Assembly (NCBI GenBank): GCA_951406725.2
Contig: OX597822.1
Location: 67,022,001-67,086,000 of the forward strand
Length of the DNA: 64,000 nucleotides
Source: Octopus vulgaris
Taxonomy: Eukaryota
Reading direction: 5' to 3'
The notes under the pieces are model-generated. The model had not been told where the DNA came from and did not search any database. It saw nothing but the letters and a program-made list of their open reading frames with translations. This document shows positions 55,811-64,000 of this stretch, one piece after another (within the stretch, counting starts at the first letter, position 1; each line of letters starts with the position of its first letter). A program made the translations under genes and the position numbers.

Positions 55811-56238
55811 ATAGGCGTAGGAGTGACTGTGTGGTAGGTTGCTTGCTTACCAACCACATGGCTCCGGGTTAAGTCCCTCTGCGTGGCACTTTGGGCAAGT
55901 GTCTTCTATTATAGCCTCGGGCCGACCAAATCCTTGTCAGTGGATTTGGTAGACGGAAACTGAAACAAACCCGTCGTATATATTTATATGTATATGTGTG
56001 TGTGTGTGTGTGTGCGTGTATGTTTGTTTGTTTGTGTTTGTCCCCGCAACATCGCTTGACAACAGATGCTGGTGTGTTGACGTCCCCGCAACCTAGCGGT
56101 TCGGCAAAAGAGACCGATAGAATAAGTACTGGGCTTAAAGAGAATACGTCCTGGGGGTCGATTTGCTCGACTAAAGGTGGTGCTCCAGCATGGCCGCAGT
56201 CAAATGGCTGAAAGTAGCAAAACAGTAAAGAGTAAGAG
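55811..56238 (+). mobile_element. SINE family A, full length
   Basis: Head, internal (TA)/(TG) tract and complete 3' half. Confidence 0.92.
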
Positions 56239-56260
56239 TATACAACGAACTACAATGTAG

Positions 56261-56481
56261 TACAAGGACGTGCTGTAAAGTTCCTGATTTGGGGTAAAAG
56301 GAAATATAGAAGCGTCAGTTAATCATTATTTTAGTCAACATATTCTCCTCTTAGATTCACACACGTGTTGCAGCTGTCCTTCATTATTCATACACCTTGT
56401 AAAAGAACTCGGAAGGTCGAGCCTCCAACCAAACCTTTCGGGATAGCTCTAAAGCCAGGAACTTTTCAGTCAACCCTCGTA
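56261..56481. mobile_element. Mariner-type MITE
   Basis: Imperfect TIRs TA|CAAGGACGTGCTGTAAAGTTCCTGATTT and AAAGCCAGGAACTTTTCAGTCAACCCTCG|TA, with TA at both ends. Confidence 0.75.
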
Positions 56482-56840
56482 TACTCGAACTCGAAAACAG
56501 GAGGTAGTGAAGGGAAATTTGAACCACACAGCCATTTCGGTTCCCCTTGATAATATTAGCTCATATTTTCCTTACATTTGTTTATGTTTTCATACTGTGT
56601 CCGGTTATCTCGCAATATTCATTGCAGAATCTAGGCCACGTATTTATATATAAGAGGCTGATATTTGTGTAGCGATTATAATGGTAAACACAACTTACGG
56701 TTGATTTTCGGCTAGAAACATCTGCCTTTGTATACATAAATATTAGACATTCTAGCCTAGAAGTTCTCACTTCACCCATTGAATAAATAATTCGGAAACG
56801 CATTCCATGAATAAACGTACGTAAATTAATATATCTAAAC

Positions 56841-56885
<45 letters not shown>

Positions 56886-57922
56886 CAGAGCTTATTTTAT
56901 TTATGAAATAGGACAAGTAGGAAAGATAAATCTTTATATGATGACCTGATATATGAACTGTGATTGTTATTATAATCTTCAGTATCTGGTGACGTCACAT
57001 TCGTTTCTATAGAGTAAGGGGTTCTTTTTAATACACAAATAAATGACCGCCACAAATATTACACTCTAAAATACTTAGCGTGTAATTCTCCGTGTGAATA
57101 GAGATTCAGCTGGCTGCCATATTGCTTGCAGGATGTTTACAATCATTTACTTACTCAATGTGAATTGTTTCGTTTCTTAAAAGTGATTTATTTCTTTCAA
57201 TGCAAATCTTCGATATGGTATTTTCTTAAATCCGACGCCCATTTCCTTCTGAAATAAAGCAATTGAAGTAGCCCTTAGATATATTCGCATGCTTCCATTT
57301 TCTCATTCGTCAATTGAAGATACAAACTTTTCACTTTCTCACCGTGGCCTAAAGGTTTGCTCCGAAAGAGAAACAAGCTGTGAACAAATACATTAACATT
57401 GTTGTTTCTCTACGTAAAATTATTTGATATTTTCAATAATAAATGGACAATAGTTATCCGCTTACTTACCGACCGACGCATTTCTCCACTATTTCATTGC
57501 TTCATAAAAACGTCGTAAGAAATCGATAACGAAACACGACAAAAAAAAAAAATGTATATAGCTGTTCTATAGAGACAATGCTAGCCATAAGGGAAAAAGG
57601 TAAGGAGGGGGGGGGAGAAAATATTGAAAAGCTGCTGATAAGAATTATATCTCCGTTCTATTTCTTTTAGTTTACTTTCGTATTTTTTGGTTGGGATTTC
57701 TATTGTTTATTTTTATTTTTTATTATTATTATGTTTTAGTTTGTTCCTTTTAGCTAGAAACACACAAGAATATTACCACTGTGAATGCTATAAATATGAG
57801 GTAATAAAGTTCTACAAAAAGATATTTATACACCGCTTCAGATTTTACTGTGAAACAAAACGTTGCTCTAAGTCCATCCCCTCAAAGCAACCCGAGAATT
57901 AAAAAGATGTAAAACATTCCGT

Positions 57923-57970
<48 letters not shown>

Positions 57971-58121
57971 CGTAAGGAAATGTATATACATAGGTCTATT
58001 GAAAATATGCTACAGCATATAAATATTTATAGATATTTATATATGTATATTCATATTTAGCATCTAGCTATCTATCCACATAGAAAAACAGGCAGAGAGA
58101 CAGAGAGACGGACAGACAGCC

Positions 58122-58460
<339 letters not shown>

Positions 58461-58544
58461 AGGCTTGCACAAAAAGGAAAATTCGCTGGAAACCGAAAGT
58501 GCGCCAAGTAAATATTGAAAAGATGTAAGATTCATGGTTTTGTT

Positions 58545-58670
58545 GTTCGGCCAAAGAGACCGATAGATAAGTACTAAGCTTACAAAGAATAAGTGCCGGG
58601 ATCAATTTGCTCGACTAAATGCGGTGCTCCAGCATGGCCCCAGTCAAATGACTGAAATAATTAAAAGAGT
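58545..58670 (+). mobile_element. SINE family A, 3' fragment
   Basis: GTTCGGCCAAAGAGACCGATAG...CTCCAGCATGGCC.CAGTCAAATGACTGAAA. Confidence 0.85.
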
Positions 58671-58719
58671 ATATAGTGTGAGAATTGTTGCCAGGTCTCT
58701 GAAACTCTTAGTGGGAGCA

Positions 58720-58960
58720 AATAAGACAGTAGGTACATCAAGGAAATGTAGAAACATCAGCAGCAAATCGTGAGGAAGAGAGTGAAATATTTTCGTATAT
58801 TCAAGCCATACCGTTGCAATGCTTCTACGGCGTTTTCTTACATCAGACAGTATAGCTGTGTCTATTAAAAAATTTTTTCGGTACATTCTAGCACTCCATT
58901 TTTTATCATCAGTTACCATGTTGTTGGACTCACAGTAATCCAGGGGTATCAGTTCAAGCA
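58720..58960 (-). mobile_element. R4/Dong-like non-LTR reverse transcriptase fragment
   Basis: NFLIDTAILSDVRKRRRSIATVWLEYTKIFHSLPHDLL is a decayed LLIDxxI...WIDYxKAFDSVPH RT motif. Confidence 0.75.
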
Positions 58961-58999
58961 GCTTGTGTAGAGTTTGTATATATTCTTTTCTGCTCTAAG

Positions 59000-59142
59000 A
59001 ACAAGGCCCGAAATTTTGGAGAAGGGAGCCGGTCGATTAGATCGACCCACGTACGCAAAGAATCGACCGCGGCGAAATTTGAGCTCAGAAATACCGCTAA
59101 GCTTGTCGCCCAACGTGCTGACGTTTCTGCCAGCTCGCCCCC
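59000..59142 (-). mobile_element. Deleted SINE family B copy
   Basis: GTCGATTAGATCGACCC...AATTTGAGCTCAGAA...TTTCTGCCAGCTCGCC. Confidence 0.7.
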
Positions 59143-59177
59143 TTTTTATGCTCGTAATAGTGTAGCCGCTTCATATA

Positions 59178-60240
59178 TCTCTTATTATAAAAGGCAAATT
59201 TTATCTGCCTCCCTTTGTCTCTTATAGAAATCTACAATATAGGATTTCTTCAATTACAATTTACCTAGCATTTTTAAGAGTAGAATGCATCGGGTCGTGC
59301 CAGGTCCAGTTTTTAAAATTTCAACCCCAATTAAGCAAAATTTAGAGAAAACTCACATTGTGGTGTGTATGTCAAATGCTTTTCTTAGTGTGGGCTACAG
59401 CACACGCACACACACACAAACGGAGCGATCTGATTCACTCACGCTATCACCCTAATTTTTCCTTTCTCTTTGCAAGTTTGCAACGATTAAAGTGAAAACA
59501 GTGAATCCGACAGCGATAAAGAAAATGAATTGGCACCTGAATGGAGTGAAAATTTAAAAACTGTTTCTTTCGGTGATTTTTCTGAAGAAACTGGACCAAG
59601 CCACAGACTTTCCCAGGAGAGTAAAGCCTTAGACTATTTCTTTTAACTTTTTCGAAATCATTACGGCGAAAACGAACTGTTACGCTAAAATGTAAACAAA
59701 AGGAAAGAAAGGATAGTTTGTTATTTCCCACAACCTTAAATGAAATTAAGGCCTATTTTGCCATAAATATTATTATGGGTATCAGAAAGTTACCCAGAAT
59801 AACAAATTCTATCGTAAAATTTTGTTGTATACCCAATTGAATATTAGCTAATAACCCATTTTCTATAGGGATGTTTGAACAAAATTTTAATAATTTTATA
59901 TATTGTTGAATTTACCTGTATCAACCTGCAATTAGAGTCACTTTGTGACAAAAATTATAGTATAGAATTGGTTGAGAACATTTCATTAAATTATCTTCCA
60001 AAATTCATGTTAATATATTGATAAATAAAAAAGTTATTGTTGTTTAATGAAACCAGACTAAATTTATGATTACGTTAGAAAATAATTGAAACACATAAGG
60101 GGTGTATTTTGGTCAGAAATATAGTAACAAAAGGGTTAAGAAAAACAAAAAAATATTTTATTCTTTATAAATGTTGTGTTCAAAATAACATTTTCTTTTA
60201 AGAATGTGTATATAACAAAGTATGTGTATATAACTACGTG
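59178..60240 (+). mobile_element. Possible Helitron-like non-autonomous element
   Basis: Begins A|TCTCTTATTATAAAAGGC, resembling Helitron 5' ends; no 3' terminus identified, so the extent is a guess. Confidence 0.3.
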
Positions 60241-60247
60241 GCTTATA

Positions 60248-60629
60248 TCTTTACATATAAAACTGAAGTTGTGTGTCTGTCTCCTACGATTTAGATTCGT
60301 AACTACTCCCACATTTTGCGGTGCAGTTTCACCAAAAGCGGGTATCTTAAAGTCGTGAGTCATATCAAGTCCTTCTGGGTATTAGCGCGCGTCTACGATG
60401 AGTCTGCGATTTTAAAAAAATTTACCATCATATTTTTCCATTTTAATGCATTTTTTTCGCTATTATATGAGGGAAGTAACCCTCTAAAAATATCTACGAT
60501 GTGTCAACGATTTAAAAAAAAAATTTACCTTAATTTTTTTTCCATTTTTAATGCATTCTTTTGCTATATTTTGGCTATAACTCTCTAAAAATGCTTATAT
60601 AGTTATTTCCCTTACAAATCCGAGCAACG
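60248..60629 (+). mobile_element. Non-autonomous Helitron (family of 47966-48172), truncated in its 3' hairpin
   Basis: 5' A|TCTTTACATATAAAACTGAAGTTGTG; 3' AACTCTCTAAAAATGCTTATATAGTTATTTCCCTTACAAATCCGAGCAACG, lacking CCGGG...CTAG. Confidence 0.85.
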
Positions 60630-60644
60630 AAAATTCAACAAAAT

Positions 60645-60682
60645 CTGTTACTCTGAGTTTCTCGTTGCCGTTCATCAGACAG
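60645..60682 (-). ncRNA. Type I hammerhead ribozyme motif (mirror of 61939-61976)
   Basis: Exact reverse complement in the left arm. Confidence 0.68.
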
Positions 60683-61938
60683 TTTTTGCTAGAATGGAAC
60701 ATATATATTAATTCAATCTATACTCTTACAAACGCTACACCTTTAAAAAGAAATGGACTTGTTTGATTGGCCCTTTAGAAAAAACGGTCAATCTTCGAGC
60801 GATAAACAAAAAGGTCAAAAATATATGTATATATATATAAAAAACTTATAAAAATTATAAAATCCGAGGAAAAAACCGAGGAAAAAACCTATTGCCGTTA
60901 ATGAAGACAGTACAAATTAATGCATAGAAATTAAACCTGTTATAAATACTGCAATACATATTTATATTAAAATCCACATATATATATCAACATACACAAA
61001 AGGATGCGCGTAAACGCCATACATACATATACAGACGTATGAATATGAATCTAAATTATACACATAAAAGCATGTGTACATATATTCACGCAAACCGTCT
61101 CGCACGCAAGCTAAAATTCATCTACGTAGCAATTCTCATATACTGAGCAAGTCTTTCGTATATATTTTTATTAATGCACCCATTTTTTAAAAGCAATGTT
61201 TTTTTTAAAAAAAGCAATGTTGTCAAATTTAGAATGTTTATATAAGTTTGTATATAGCAAAGCATATATATTTGTAAGCATGCGTATCTGTGTATGTGTA
61301 AGTGAAAGTATGCTTGTGCTTAAGCACGCATACACACGACGGTATGTATATGTATCAATTCAAACTTGTGTATGTATACTGGCCTCTATAGATGCCAATA
61401 ATATCGCTACAAGTTTCCCCCCCTCCTTCGTTTCTTTTTTCTCTCTTTCCCTTTCTTTCGTTCCCCCTCCTTGCTCAGTATATGAGAATTGCTACATAGA
61501 TGAATTTTAGCTTGCGTGCGAGACGGTTTGTGTGAATATATGTACACATGCTTTTATGTGTATAATTTAGATTCATATTCATACGTCTGTATATGTATGT
61601 ATGGCGTTTACGCGCATCCTTTTGTGTATGTTGATATATATATGTGGATTTTAATATAAATATGTATTGCAGTATTTATAACAGGTTTAATTTCTATGCA
61701 TTAATTTGTACTGTCTTCATTAACGGCAATAGGTTTTTTCCTCGGTTTTTTCCTCGGATTTTATAATTTTTATAAGTTTTTTATATATATATACATATAT
61801 TTTTGACCTTTTTGTTTATCGCTCGAAGATTGACCGTTTTTTCTAAAGGGCCAATCAAACAAGTCCATTTCTTTTTAAAGGTGTAGCGTTTGTAAGAGTA
61901 TAGATTGAATTAATATATATGTTCCATTCTAGCAAAAA

Positions 61939-61976
61939 CTGTCTGATGAACGGCAACGAGAAACTCAGAGTAACAG
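61939..61976 (+). ncRNA. Minimal type I hammerhead ribozyme motif
   Basis: Stem I CTGT/ACAG; CTGATGA 61943-61949; short stem II CG-GCAA-CG; GAAA 61960-61963; stem III ACTC-A-GAGT; GUA triplet. Confidence 0.68.
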
Positions 61977-62049
61977 ATTTTGTTGAATTTTCTGCTGCTT
62001 AAAATAAAGTATATATATATATATATATATATTGTGTAATAAATAATAT

Positions 62050-62578
<529 letters not shown>

Positions 62579-63272
62579 GTATACGTACTTATATATAAGC
62601 GTACATACAAACATGAGAAGATAAATGTGTATCTTTCATGATCAGCACAAAGAGTATTCTGTTCACCCTAAATTGTATTACTGTAGAACTACTAGTACAC
62701 AAGCTACCATATTATACGTGCGTATGTAGCAAGCTGTACCTTAAAGTGTGTGTCGCATCACTTAGTACGTTGGGGCCACGGGTTATTGTTTCAGTTGCTA
62801 TTCATTTTAAAGCAATCCCTACAAATCAATTTTCATCTCATTTTACTTAGAATGCCCCGATGCAAATTATAACTGTTAATTAATTGTACTCCCCCACCCC
62901 ACTCCACCTAATGTAATCGGTTTACTGTTCGTCTACCAAGAAAACAATATGATTAACGGAACATACACTAAGAATCCTATAAAAAAAGCACACGAACGCA
63001 AGTACACAAATTCTCAATCTTCTTTTCTTTTTTGTTGTATGTGTATAATTCTCGTAGTCAATCAATATATCACTGAATTTTCCTATCTCACAAGATATCT
63101 AGCTATCGATACATCTATGTAAGAATGTATATATGATGAATGTACGTACGCATGTATGTGTTTGTGTATGTATGTTTGTACGTATGTTGGGATATATATA
63201 TACATATATATATACGTATACATGTATACATCAACATTTATGTATAGATATAGATACAAATATAGCATATAC

Positions 63273-63366
<94 letters not shown>

Positions 63367-63502
63367 CTATATATGTTACATACATACATAGAAAGATAGA
63401 TAGTTAGACACAGACACACAAATGAATAGATATTAAACTTTATTAAGATATTAATCATTTCTGACAATATTTGCATACAAACGTGCAATCATTCGTGTAT
63501 AT

Positions 63503-63541
<39 letters not shown>

Positions 63542-63654
63542 AAAGCTTTTTTCATTCTGTATATATGTATATATATGAGCTTGTTTTTCATTCTGTATAT
63601 ATATATATATATGTGTGTGTATGTGTGCGTGTGTATGTGTGTGTATATGTGTAT

Positions 63655-63696
<42 letters not shown>

Positions 63697-64000
63697 AGTG
63701 AAGAACAAACACACACTCACAAACACATATACATACATGTATATGTATCTCATATGAATATTTACTCGTACGATAATAAAGAAAGAGCACTGGAAATAAT
63801 TCCATTAAGCAATGTTATTATTCATAACATAATTATTTCATGTTTATGTAATTTAATTGTAATATAAATTCTTCCTGGAAATAAAAGGATTTTGTTCTTC
63901 CCCTTTATTAGTAGATTTTCTTTTAATCACCTTAAACGAATTATCTTCTGAAATCAATTATTGAACTGACTGAGATCTCTCTTTTATCTTTTGCCTTCCT

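Larger units (their letters stand above)
60629..61992. repeat. Large inverted repeat: 523-bp arms, 318-bp spacer
   Basis: 60629-61151 is the reverse complement of 61470-61992; I found only two mismatches by eye. Confidence 0.95.

Overview
AT-rich, repeat-saturated eukaryotic DNA, intergenic or deep intronic. The microsatellite load and SINE repertoire suggest an octopus or other coleoid cephalopod genome; this is inferred from recalled repeat families, not from a search. No intact host gene is recognisable, and nearly all listed ORFs are translations of simple repeats. The window holds about 30 tRNA-headed SINE copies from several families, a decayed FLYWCH-MULE transposon, several Tc1/mariner remnants and a MITE, Helitrons, and fragments of CR1-, RTE-, R4/Dong- and Penelope-type retroelements. 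The most striking signal is a set of type I hammerhead ribozyme folds, read by eye at 10708, 19492, 60645(-), 61939 and 62307. Most sit facing outward in head-to-head foldbacks next to (TA)n tracts, including a near-perfect palindrome with 523-bp arms. A second notable signal is an inverted templated insertion at 51185-51476 copied from 24 kb away. Element boundaries are approximate unless exact termini are quoted.
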